Shown here piece after piece: positions 55,666-64,000 of a DNA stretch of 64,000 nucleotides. The translations under genes were made by a program, and so were the position numbers. Every line of letters starts with the position of its first letter. Within the stretch, counting starts at the first letter, position 1. The DNA lies in IMG/VR virus record IMGVR_UViG_3300013121_000003, positions 34,674 to 98,673 of that record, one strand, 5' to 3'. The DNA is from a virus. Taxonomy: Duplodnaviria; Heunggongvirae; Uroviricota; Caudoviricetes. The notes below the pieces were generated by a model. The model did no database searches. It was not told the origin of the DNA and saw only the letters and a list, made by a program, of their open reading frames with translations.

Positions 55666-56543
55666 TAAGTATTCGACATCTTGTTTACGAAATCATTTAT
55701 TAAGAATGGAGTAACTTCTTTTCCTAATATGTTGATAATTTTGTTTTCTTCATTCTTGGCAACTTCATAATCATAATAATAAACTGGCGACCAATAAGCT
55801 CCTTCTTCTGTCGAAATGTTAGTTACCACAACGTTTGACGAATTTGCTGTTGCGTTGGCCGCAGAAGTTTCACCAACAATGTAAGTATTTGTTGACGAAT
55901 TGGCAAAAGAGTTTCCTGAAATTGATTGAACACGAACAACAGACGAATTGGAAAAGACAACTTCAGCGTTGGCAATCTGATTTCCAGGAACGAAGATATC
56001 AACAAGTTCACCAGAAGTGAATGAGTTTCCAGATACAAATGAAATTGTGTAATCAACGAACATGTTGGTATTCATCGTATGATTTACACGCTTCCTTCTA
56101 TATCCCAAAATCTTGTTATTTTCAGAATAAATGGGTTCCCAATATTTCTTGAGAGCCAAAGAAAGATTGTTGTTGTAATATGATTCTTCGATAATTGTTT
56201 CGGCATTCTCATGCCAGTTGTTCATGTAATATTTGATCTTCTTCTTGGCAGTTTCGGCAGAACCATATTTGTCGATGATTGCTGATTCTAATTGGTCTTG
56301 ACGAATATACCAACCATAGTATGGATCGACAATATCATTCGAAAGATATATCAACCAATCGAGTTGTGCATTATCATAATAATAAGCAGCAAGTTGATCA
56401 GAACGAAGATAAGTCTTCAATTCATATGGATAGAAAATATATGGAGAACTTCCATCATTACTTTTTAAAGCAATGCGTCTTGTGATATCCACCACTTCTT
56501 TATTATCATATTCTATCTTGGGAAATGTTGCGAAATATTTCAT
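55665..56543 (-). CDS. gp53: Baseplate wedge subunit
   Basis: MKYFATFPKIEY, DITRRI, RSDQLAAYYYDNAQLDWLIYLSNDIVDPYYGW, YYDYEVAKNEENKIINIL. Confidence 0.9.
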   Translation of the reverse strand: MKYFATFPKIEYDNKEVVDITRRIALKSNDGSSPYIFYPYELKTYLRSDQLAAYYYDNAQLDWLIYLSNDIVDPYYGWYIRQDQLESAIIDKYGSAETAKKKIKYYMNNWHENAETIIEESYYNNNLSLALKKYWEPIYSENNKILGYRRKRVNHTMNTNMFVDYTISFVSGNSFTSGELVDIFVPGNQIANAEVVFSNSSVVRVQSISGNSFANSSTNTYIVGETSAANATANSSNVVVTNISTEEGAYWSPVYYYDYEVAKNEENKIINILGKEVTPFLINDFVNKMSNT

Positions 56544-56547
56544 TGTT

Positions 56548-57486
56548 TTATTGGCTTTCAGGTGTGCTATTTATACCTGCCCCTGGAATTGAAGGTGTTG
56601 AAGGTGTTGAAGGTGTTGAAGGTGCCGGGTTTGAATTTTCTTCAAAAATTTTAGTTCTATCAGAATTTCCGAATAGTCCTCTATTGAAATCATTTTCAAG
56701 CCAATAATCGATTTCAAGAAAATTGATTCTCATGATAATAGATTCAGGAGCACCAGTTTCTTTATAGAAAATATTTCGATGATTTCCGCCTTGATAATCA
56801 AATTGAATTCCTGTTATTACGGCTGGTTTAAAATTATAAAGATATTCAAAATTTGGAAAAAAGAAGCATAAGAAAATATTAGGAAATCCAAACACAAAAG
56901 GAGTTCCGATAACAGGCACAGTTCCACTTTGTCGAGGATGCATTCCTTTCTTTATTTGCATTTCGATTCTTTTAATTCTTTCTGATTCTTCTTTATTTTT
57001 TGGTGATAATTTCCATTCAAACGAATAACTTCTAAATTGTGGAGCCTGTAAAGTAACTTGTTTATAATTATTTACACTGAATCCTAAAACACTACTTAAT
57101 GCATTTCCAATATTTCTGTCATTAATTCCTACTACTGATGATATTGCACCAAGCCAATTAAAACCATGATCATATTGAACTTCATATCCATCAGATAATT
57201 GTGATGGAAGTGGAAGTCTATATCCTCTTTTAACAGTTAAATTATTTCCCCAAAATGGGTTTGTTCCTCCAAGTCCAGGTTCCATTTCTATAATACCAAA
57301 ATAATATTTTGGTAGATCAAACGGAAAATTGAGAAAAGATGGAGACGATAAAAGTGATTGTTCTTGATTTACAATTCTTTCTACATTTCCATTAACTCTC
57401 AAACCATTGAACAACGGATTTGTAATAACCTGATTTGCAGTTGGTCTAGAAACCAAATTGTTTCTGATATTATTGGAAATTGCCAT
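56548..57486 (-). CDS. gp48: Baseplate tail-tube cap
   Basis: YRLPLPSQLSDGY, APQFRSYSFEWKLSPKNKEESERI, FGFPNIF, KPAVITGIQFDY, RINFLEI. Confidence 0.8.
   Translation of the reverse strand: MAISNNIRNNLVSRPTANQVITNPLFNGLRVNGNVERIVNQEQSLLSSPSFLNFPFDLPKYYFGIIEMEPGLGGTNPFWGNNLTVKRGYRLPLPSQLSDGYEVQYDHGFNWLGAISSVVGINDRNIGNALSSVLGFSVNNYKQVTLQAPQFRSYSFEWKLSPKNKEESERIKRIEMQIKKGMHPRQSGTVPVIGTPFVFGFPNIFLCFFFPNFEYLYNFKPAVITGIQFDYQGGNHRNIFYKETGAPESIIMRINFLEIDYWLENDFNRGLFGNSDRTKIFEENSNPAPSTPSTPSTPSIPGAGINSTPESQ
56568..56575 (-). promoter_or_regulatory. T4-late-type promoter TATAAATA upstream of gp53, inside the 3' end of gp48
   Basis: Exact consensus about 25 nt before the gp53 start. Confidence 0.65.
56589..56624 (-). 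repeat. 9-nt tandem repeat (4 copies of TTGAAGGTG on the plus strand) encoding a Pro/Ser/Thr linker in the gp48 tail
   Basis: APSTPSTPSTPSIP. Confidence 0.85.
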
Positions 57487-57523
57487 AAGTATCCTTCGTA
57501 TTAAATCTAGTTAATTACTTATA
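57484..57523. promoter_or_regulatory. Overlapping divergent late-type promoters: CATAAGTA (plus, toward gp4) and TATAAGTA (minus, toward gp48)
   Basis: cataagta at 57484-57491 and tacttata at 57516-57523 in a 45-nt divergent gap. Confidence 0.55.
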
Positions 57524-57531
57524 AGAGAAAA

Positions 57532-58002
57532 ATGAAACCAAACATAGATTCTAAAAGTAAAACACTCAAGACTATATTCAAACCAAAAAATCCGCAGAAA
57601 TATAAAGGTGACTGCACTAAAATCATATCGAGAAGTTCATATGAACTGAAGTGTATGTTAATGTTCGATTCAAATCCAAATGTCATTTGGTGGCAATCCG
57701 AAGAACGTTCTATCGCCTATCGTTCTCCTGTTGATAACTCTCTCCATCGATACTTCCCAGACTTCATTATCTGTATCAAAGGCAAGGATGGAAAGCAGAA
57801 GATCAAAATGATTGAAGTAAAGCCGAAATCACAAACTAAAGTTCCTGTCAAGACCCCCAAGAAGAAAAAATACTTGACCGAGGTTGTTCGGTACTCTATC
57901 AACATCGCCAAATGGAAAGCAGCCAAAACATATTGCGAACGCAAAGGTTGGGAATTCGAAATCCTCACTGAAGATGAAATCTTCGGGAAACGAACATGCT
58001 AG
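57532..58002 (+). CDS. gp4: Head completion nuclease (TnsA N-terminal-like)
   Basis: FKPKNPQKYKGD, RSSYELKCM, WWQSEE, YRSPVDNSLHRYFPDF, IEVKP, NIAKWKAAKTYCERKGWEFEILTE. Confidence 0.92.
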   Translation: MKPNIDSKSKTLKTIFKPKNPQKYKGDCTKIISRSSYELKCMLMFDSNPNVIWWQSEERSIAYRSPVDNSLHRYFPDFIICIKGKDGKQKIKMIEVKPKSQTKVPVKTPKKKKYLTEVVRYSINIAKWKAAKTYCERKGWEFEILTEDEIFGKRTC

Positions 58003-58313
58003 ACAAATATTCGTCTGTGATTCTAATCCAGAAATATCATACACAATGGATAGATAAGTGTTTGTCTAATCCTAATATTTCTGATATAGAAAAAAGTTAT
58101 ATTGCTGGTTATGGAACGGATGACCATAGAACTAAATTACTCGAAAATCATAGATTAGATAATTATACAAAACTTTGTATGGCTTATAATGGAAATGATG
58201 TTAATAGAACTAAATTACTTGAACATCATAATTTAGATTTCCACACAATATATTGGATTCGGCGCAAGGGAACTGATGAACACAGACAAAAACTAAGGAG
58301 AATGGGGCTCTAA
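57996..58313 (+). CDS. MLDKY-family repeat protein (copy 11)
   Basis: MLDKYSSVILI..WIDKCLSNPNISDIEKSYIAGYG; exact 26-aa G-to-G period; its ATGCTAG supplies the gp4 TAG. Confidence 0.78.
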   Translation: MLDKYSSVILIQKYHTQWIDKCLSNPNISDIEKSYIAGYGTDDHRTKLLENHRLDNYTKLCMAYNGNDVNRTKLLEHHNLDFHTIYWIRRKGTDEHRQKLRRMGL

Positions 58314-58606
58314 TGCTAGACAAATATTATTCTTTCAAATTAATCGAAATAAAAAACGAACGATGGATAAATAAATGTTTGTCCAATCCTAAACTGACAA
58401 ACGAAGAAAAATTTCGTATTTGTGTATTTGGAAGTGATTACGAAAAAAGGTTATTGATCGAAAGACATAATTTAAATTATGCATGTATTCAAGACTTATA
58501 TAGATATGGAAATGATGTTCACAGAATAGCTTTAAGAAGGAAAATATTGTCAACTAAATACCATGACAAAAGACAAATGGAATGGTTTAGGAATCGATTT
58601 GGCTAA
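58313..58606 (+). CDS. MLDKY-family repeat protein (copy 12)
   Basis: MLDKYYSFKLI..WINKCLSNPKLTNEEKFRICVFG; TAATG overlap. Confidence 0.75.
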   Translation: MLDKYYSFKLIEIKNERWINKCLSNPKLTNEEKFRICVFGSDYEKRLLIERHNLNYACIQDLYRYGNDVHRIALRRKILSTKYHDKRQMEWFRNRFG

Positions 58607-59225
58607 GATATTAAACAATATAGAAGGTAAATATTCGGAAGAATTGAAGAAAGCTTCTAAAGATGCGTCTTTGAAGGCTATCGATTCATTCAAAGCAATG
58701 GCCGCTGAACTCAAAAAAGTTCCAGTAACAGGCAATGATATTCTTGCGGATAAATCTAGATTGATCGTCAAGATTCAACCAGTTCACATTGGCCGATTGG
58801 TCATGTTTTACTATCAACCAAAACTCCGTGAAACTCTTCCTTATTACGACAGATTTCCACTCGTTATGCCGATTGAAATTTATCATGATGGATTTCTAGG
58901 ATTAAACTTCCACTATTTACCTCATAAGTACAGAGCGCTTTTACTTGATGAAATCAACGATAAAGTCATCAAGAAGAAGCATCTAAAAGAAAGTCACCAA
59001 ATCAGAATATCTTATCATATTCTCAAGAGAGCACTGAGAATTAGACACTACGTTCCTTGTATCAAAAGATACCTTCAAGGATATCTTCGTTCAAGGATTT
59101 ATAAAGTTCCAGTTGATTCGTGGAATGTTGTCATTTTCCTTCCACTTGAGAGATTTGATAAGAAGTCAATGGGCAGAGTTCATCAGGATTCATTAAGAAA
59201 GATCAGGAACGTTGGGCGTTTTTAA
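58563..59225 (+). CDS. gp2: DNA end protector protein
   Basis: IGRLVMFYYQPK, TLPYYDRFPLV, GFLGLNFHYLP, PCIKRYL, VIFLPLERF; ACTAAATA just upstream. Confidence 0.9.
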   Translation: MTKDKWNGLGIDLAKILNNIEGKYSEELKKASKDASLKAIDSFKAMAAELKKVPVTGNDILADKSRLIVKIQPVHIGRLVMFYYQPKLRETLPYYDRFPLVMPIEIYHDGFLGLNFHYLPHKYRALLLDEINDKVIKKKHLKESHQIRISYHILKRALRIRHYVPCIKRYLQGYLRSRIYKVPVDSWNVVIFLPLERFDKKSMGRVHQDSLRKIRNVGRF

Positions 59226-59817
59226 TTTAGAAGATTTCAAAGCAGTTATCCATTCTAAAAATGGATTTGCAAAACCGAACAGATTCAAAGTTTCATTAAC
59301 TCCACCATTGGCTCTAGACAAGAACAATGTGAAGAATGAAATTGAATTCTTTTGCATGGCCACGAACATGCCTGGGGTTCAATTACAAACTTCTGACGTA
59401 ATGCGGTATGGTTATGGTCCTGTTGAGAAACGACCATTCGCAGCACATATGAATTCTGTGCAAATGGAAATTATGTCTGATGGTCAAGGACAAATGTGGA
59501 AGTTCTTCAATAACTGGATTCAGTTTATTATTCCACACTCAATAGAAAATGGACTTCACGTTCGCCTTAACAATGAATTAGCAGCCGGATCGACACCATC
59601 TTATCCATACGAGATTTCTTATAAGAATACATATGTTACCGACATGGTTATTATTCATTACAATGAAAATGGAAACATTATATCAACAACAGTCTTGAGA
59701 GACGCTTTTCCTTCCCAAGTTTCAGACCAAGTTTTGAATTGGGATGAAAATGGAAGAATATCCTTGTTTTCTGTTCAAATTGAATATCTTGATTGGTCGC
59801 TATGGGTTACACCATAA
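59212..59817 (+). CDS. gp54: Baseplate tail-tube initiator (gp54-like, tube-fold paralogue)
   Basis: GFAKPNRFKV, FFCMATNMPG, FFNNWIQFI, LRDAFPSQV, FSVQIEY; TTG start after AGGA. Confidence 0.7.
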   Translation: MGVFNLEDFKAVIHSKNGFAKPNRFKVSLTPPLALDKNNVKNEIEFFCMATNMPGVQLQTSDVMRYGYGPVEKRPFAAHMNSVQMEIMSDGQGQMWKFFNNWIQFIIPHSIENGLHVRLNNELAAGSTPSYPYEISYKNTYVTDMVIIHYNENGNIISTTVLRDAFPSQVSDQVLNWDENGRISLFSVQIEYLDWSLWVTP

Positions 59818-59835
59818 TTTATTATAGGAGTTATT

Positions 59836-60546
59836 ATGCCATTACCAAAGATTAAAGAAACTATTTTCGATGTTGAAGTTCCCTCTACCAAAAAGAAAGT
59901 AAAAATCCGTCAGATGAAAGTGTCTGATGAAAAAATTCTCTTGACAGCACGCCAAGCAGGAGAAGTTGCTGATTTCTTTAAGGCCATTTCTCAAGTCGTC
60001 AATAACTGTTTGGTTGACAAAACAGATGTTATGAAGATGCCTTTGTTTGATGTTGAATATGTCTTTACAAAGATCAGATCACTATCAATTTCGAATATTT
60101 CGAAAGTTGCTTATGTTGATCAAGAAGACCAGGAGACATATTCATTTGATATTAACTTGGATAAGATCAAGGTTGTCTTTCCAGAAGATGTATCGAACAA
60201 AATCAAAGTCAATGATGATGTTATGATTCTTCTGAGATATCCACCCATGGAACTTTATACATCATCTGAATTTTTCGATCTAGCTGATGATAAGATGTTC
60301 GATAAGCTTATCGTTAATTGTGTCGAGAAAATATATGAAGGCGAAACTGTCTATGAAATTAAAGACTTTAAACCAGACGAACTTCTAGAATTCATTAACT
60401 CGCTTCCTGCACATAAATATTCCGAAATGAGAAAGTTTTTCTCTGAATTTCCGTCAATGTATAATGAAATTGAATATACGAATAAGAAAGGAACTAAGAG
60501 AAAGATCGTACAGAAGACTATAGAAGATTTTTTTACGTTTGGATGA
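59836..60546 (+). CDS. gp26: Baseplate hub assembly protein
   Basis: MPLPKIKETIFDVEVPSTKKKVKIRQMKVSDEKILL, LFDVEYVFTKIRSLSI, LRYPP, IEDFF. Confidence 0.9.
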   Translation: MPLPKIKETIFDVEVPSTKKKVKIRQMKVSDEKILLTARQAGEVADFFKAISQVVNNCLVDKTDVMKMPLFDVEYVFTKIRSLSISNISKVAYVDQEDQETYSFDINLDKIKVVFPEDVSNKIKVNDDVMILLRYPPMELYTSSEFFDLADDKMFDKLIVNCVEKIYEGETVYEIKDFKPDELLEFINSLPAHKYSEMRKFFSEFPSMYNEIEYTNKKGTKRKIVQKTIEDFFTFG

Positions 60547-60755
60547 GCTATTCATCCCTAGAAAAATACTATTCTGATTTGTTTATTATGTGGCACGAAC
60601 AAAAGCTTCCTTTCTCTGAACATGAAGCTTTAATTCCATTTGAACGTGATATTATCTTTAATCTTCTGAGAACAAGATTGGCCGAAGAAGCCGAACGTAA
60701 ACGACTTGAAGAAAAGCAAATGGAATTGATCAGGAATGGCGGACGAAAACTCTAA
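60543..60755 (+). CDS. gp51: Baseplate hub assembly catalyst
   Basis: SSLEKYYSDLFIMWHEQKLPFSEHEALIPFERDIIFNLL; follows gp26. Confidence 0.8.
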   Translation: MSYSSLEKYYSDLFIMWHEQKLPFSEHEALIPFERDIIFNLLRTRLAEEAERKRLEEKQMELIRNGGRKL

Positions 60756-63700
60756 ACCAGAAAAACCAAAAACAAAAAGGCAGCAAGCAATTGATGCTGC
60801 TGCCCAAGCTCGTCGAGAAAACGATGCTTTGGCTCTTTCATCTTCAACTCGTTTCTTTTCTGGAAAAAACGAACAAGGTGAAGACGATCCTGGCATTTTT
60901 AAAATTGCGGGCGCTCGTGCCAAACGTGACCTTGAGGTAAAATTAACTCGACCTCTTGGGGTTTTCGGCGAAGGAATCATGAATGCCAGAAGAGCCGCTT
61001 CTGGTGAAAAATTAAGTGCGTTTGGAAAAACACTCAAGAACGCTTTTGCCGCTAGAATTTCTGGTTCAAGATATGGAATTGTTGGTGAAGTTTGGTCTAA
61101 CAAAATATTTTCTTCTTTATCATCTTGGGATGATGATAATCTTCCACAAAGATTCAATCAAATTGCTTCCGCAATGGGCCAAGAGCTTGGAGTTGTTCAA
61201 CTTAATTTCAACAACGTCAACAAGATGTTTGAAGCTGTTGGGAAACAATTCGATAAGGTTGGAGAAGACCTCAAGAAGATAAACGAAAACGTCAAATTAA
61301 TCAAAGCTGAAAAAAAAGACAATATTCGTGTCAAGAGAATTCAGGAAAAATTCTTTGAAAAAGAAATGAAGATTGTTGATGCAAGATTTAAATTACATAC
61401 AGACAACATTGATAGATTAGATTTAAATTTTCACAACATCGAAGAAAGAATAGACAAATTTGAATCTTTGACACACTCCGAACTTGATGAAATTCACTCA
61501 CGTCTTGATAATATGGAAGGTGATAATGGAATAAAACGTCCTAGAAAAAGAGAAAGAACAAAAACTAGGAAAGTTAAGCTTCGCAATCCAAAGAATTCAC
61601 GAAATATGGGACGATCTATGCTTTCCGATTCCAAGAAAGTTGGATATGAAAATTCATTTGGAAGATTCGGAAATGCAGCTAAAAGTGTAGTTGGAAATAT
61701 TGGTGGAAATCTATCCAAATCATTAGGTGGAATTGGTTCTGCGGCTGGTACTCGTCTTTTAGCAGGTGGCGCACGATATGCTGCACCAGTTTTGTTAGGT
61801 TTAGCAGGCGCAGGACTTCAAGCATGGAAATTATATGATACATTTACTAAAAATAAACCACTTGATAGACAAAATCAAATATTGAATAAACAAAAGCCAA
61901 TTGAAGGTCAAGGAAATGCACCAGGAGGAATTGTTCCTGAAAAAAGACAACCTTCAAGAAATATAAGAAATAGAGGAAATGATCTGTCTTCATTATTGGA
62001 TAGAAGAGCTATCGAAGAACAGAAAAAACGATTTATGATGTTTGGTGAATTGCCTTCTGGATTCGAATTCCTTGAAGGTAATCGAGGCCGTTTAGGAATG
62101 CCCGCAAGTGTTGCGGCTGGTGGCGCACAACCATTAAGTGGTGATTATGGTGTTTCAAGAGGACCAGGAGGCCCAACAGGTTTCAATCAAGGTCCATCAT
62201 TTGATATTCCACCTTTAGGAACTCCAAGAAGTGGAATGCCCAGAAATAGTTCTCCTGGACAACCAATAACTGGTTCGCCTAGTCAACCATATCCAACAAA
62301 TAGTGAAATATCACCAAATATTTCAAGAACTGGAATAACTATTGCTTTACAAGAACAACGCCGACGATTATTCGAACGTTTAGATGAAAATCCAGCTCTT
62401 AAGAGAAAATTCATGGCTATTGCTGCTAATGAACAAGGAACTAATCCTGAAGGAATTCAAGCAATTATGGAATCTCTTATCAATCGTGCAATTGTTCGTG
62501 GCGGCGGGGTTGAAGGTGGACTAAAAAGACTTGAAAAAGAAATAAGATTTACTTCTGAAGGTGGATATTACGAAGATACAAGAGGACAACAAAGAGCTTG
62601 GAGTACAATAAATAATGTCAAAAATATAGACATATTTAATCAAGCATATGAAAACGTTCGTTCTGGATCAAATATTTCTAATTTCGGTTATGGTAACGCC
62701 AGCGCTGGGGTTGCTGCTAGAAAAATGGACCCAAGAAGTAGATTAAGAGCCGAACGAACATTTTATGTAAATGGGGAAACAATCTTCGGTCCTAATAGTG
62801 ATGAACGTCTGTATATTAAAAATTATAGTATTTGGAAAAAACAAATAGCAGATAGAGCTTCACAAATTGGTGACAACGAACTTCCGCCACTTCAATTATT
62901 TAAACCACAAGCATCTATTAAACCAACATCAGGAGAACAACCTATATTTGTTGGTGATTCTGTTGCACGTGGATTAGCTAAAAATTCAAAATCCAATTTA
63001 GACTTAACTCAAGAAGGAATTGGTCCGGCAGAAATATTAAGAAGAATTAAATCTACTGATCCAGCAATGTGGAAAGGAAAAACTGTTGTTTTATCTTCTG
63101 GACTTTTAAATGCACCAGGAATTAAACTAGATGATATTGAAAATCAAATCAAATACCTTAAAGATGCTGGTGCAAACGTTCGTTTAGTTGGGGGACCAAA
63201 CTCAAAGGTTGCTAGAACTGATTTAAACGGAGTTAATGATTCTTTACAAAAAATAGCAGAAAAACATGGAATTCCATTTTTAGGTGATTACCAAAGTCAA
63301 GATGGTGTTCATCCAAATTCATATAAAAATTATGGAATACTTCCAAATGCTACAGGTTCAACGCCTCAATCGTTATTTTTCGATTCTAATAAACCATATT
63401 CAAGAAGTAGAATTGATGAAATTGTTAAACAACATGGAACTAATGCAATCATTGGACAAAACCATTTAGATGATCAAAGTTCTTTAGCATATGCTCGTCA
63501 GAAAGGATTGAAAACTCATTGGTATATGATTGGTGCAGGAGAACCAGCTAAAGGATATGATGGTAAAGGAGTTAAATTCCCGACTGATCAAAAAGAAATC
63601 GAGAAAAATTTAGCTGAAATGAATATGACACGTGAACAATGGGATTCTGGTGGCTGGTTAGAATGGCATAAGAAAAAATTACTTGAAGCCAAACAAAAAG

Positions 63701-64000
63701 GAACTGCACCTGATTTTGCCGAATTTGATTCTATCAATAATCATGATCCAGAAACAGTTGGAAGATTGATTTCAGATTTCAGTAAATGGAGAACAGAAAA
63801 TCAAATTGGAACTCAATTAGTTCCTAAAAATTTGAGTAAAGAATATTATGCCAAATTAGACGAATTAATTAAGTCTGGTGCAATTGATAAGAATGCTTTA
63901 GCTCCATATCAAATACACGAAGAAAGTTCTACTCGGCAGCAAATGGCTGATGCTAGAACTTGGGGGAATCAAAGAAATATGGCAACTTTCCAAACACAAA
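60736..64000 (+). CDS. gp29/tape-measure-like hub protein with enzymatic domains, 3' end outside the window
   Basis: Open frame checked by hand from ATG 60736 to the window end (>1088 codons; absent from the ORF track). Coiled-coil and G/A-rich N-part, a SleB-like motif at 62401-62490, GDS at 62953 and DGVHP at 63301; follows gp26-gp51. Confidence 0.75.
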   Translation, partial: MADENSKPEKPKTKRQQAIDAAAQARRENDALALSSSTRFFSGKNEQGEDDPGIFKIAGARAKRDLEVKLTRPLGVFGEGIMNARRAASGEKLSAFGKTLKNAFAARISGSRYGIVGEVWSNKIFSSLSSWDDDNLPQRFNQIASAMGQELGVVQLNFNNVNKMFEAVGKQFDKVGEDLKKINENVKLIKAEKKDNIRVKRIQEKFFEKEMKIVDARFKLHTDNIDRLDLNFHNIEERIDKFESLTHSELDEIHSRLDNMEGDNGIKRPRKRERTKTRKVKLRNPKNSRNMGRSMLSDSKKVGYENSFGRFGNAAKSVVGNIGGNLSKSLGGIGSAAGTRLLAGGARYAAPVLLGLAGAGLQAWKLYDTFTKNKPLDRQNQILNKQKPIEGQGNAPGGIVPEKRQPSRNIRNRGNDLSSLLDRRAIEEQKKRFMMFGELPSGFEFLEGNRGRLGMPASVAAGGAQPLSGDYGVSRGPGGPTGFNQGPSFDIPPLGTPRSGMPRNSSPGQPITGSPSQPYPTNSEISPNISRTGITIALQEQRRRLFERLDENPALKRKFMAIAANEQGTNPEGIQAIMESLINRAIVRGGGVEGGLKRLEKEIRFTSEGGYYEDTRGQQRAWSTINNVKNIDIFNQAYENVRSGSNISNFGYGNASAGVAARKMDPRSRLRAERTFYVNGETIFGPNSDERLYIKNYSIWKKQIADRASQIGDNELPPLQLFKPQASIKPTSGEQPIFVGDSVARGLAKNSKSNLDLTQEGIGPAEILRRIKSTDPAMWKGKTVVLSSGLLNAPGIKLDDIENQIKYLKDAGANVRLVGGPNSKVARTDLNGVNDSLQKIAEKHGIPFLGDYQSQDGVHPNSYKNYGILPNATGSTPQSLFFDSNKPYSRSRIDEIVKQHGTNAIIGQNHLDDQSSLAYARQKGLKTHWYMIGAGEPAKGYDGKGVKFPTDQKEIEKNLAEMNMTREQWDSGGWLEWHKKKLLEAKQKGTAPDFAEFDSINNHDPETVGRLISDFSKWRTENQIGTQLVPKNLSKEYYAKLDELIKSGAIDKNALAPYQIHEESSTRQQMADARTWGNQRNMATFQTQ

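Noticed and set aside
56589-56624. 9-nt tandem repeat in gp48
   Set aside because: A short in-frame Pro/Ser/Thr linker at a disordered C-terminus; no sign of a regulatory role
60630-61718. Minus-strand ORFs of 175 and 74 aa
   Set aside because: Antisense to the long open gp29-like frame, which the ORF track missed only because it has no stop in the window
1-64000. CRISPR array or diversity-generating retroelement behind the MLDKY family
   Set aside because: No regularly spaced direct repeats, reverse transcriptase or near-identical template/variable pair is visible; the copies are too diverged at DNA level

Overview
This window is the virion-morphogenesis region of a large T4-like myovirus. 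It is AT-rich and uses the standard code. All identifications rest on motif recognition and gene order; no database search was run. Read on the minus strand from 57.5 kb down to 0, the order is: gp48, gp53, a gp27-like hub, gp5 split into two genes, PAAR, a ~6.5 kb accessory island (UvrD-like helicase, J-domain protein, small membrane proteins), gp25, gp6, gp7, gp8, a three-gene VrlC/DUF4815-like virion protein, fibre genes, two holin-like genes, a GIY-YIG endonuclease, tRNA-Trp, an S74-chaperone fibre, a Cys-rich peptide, a radical SAM/SPASM enzyme, gp13, an HNH endonuclease, gp14, gp15, gp16, an inverted gp17, gp18, a Hef-like endonuclease, gp19, gp20, core proteins and gp21 (partial). On the plus strand from 57.5 kb are gp4, gp2, a gp54-like gene, gp26, gp51 and a >1088-codon gp29/tape-measure-like ORF that runs off the end. 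The most notable items are five. (1) A fibre -> CxCxCxCxC-GDGD peptide -> radical SAM/SPASM cassette that looks like a RiPP-type maturation system acting on a virion tip protein. (2) A dispersed family of about 12 AT-rich MLDKY genes built from 26-aa repeats and wedged into junctions between core genes. (3) An in-place inversion of the large terminase gene. (4) A tRNA-Trp with a mismatched acceptor stem beside a GIY-YIG gene. (5) A hub/tape-measure-like protein with SleB-like, SGNH and possibly glycosidase domains, while gp5 lacks a lysozyme domain.
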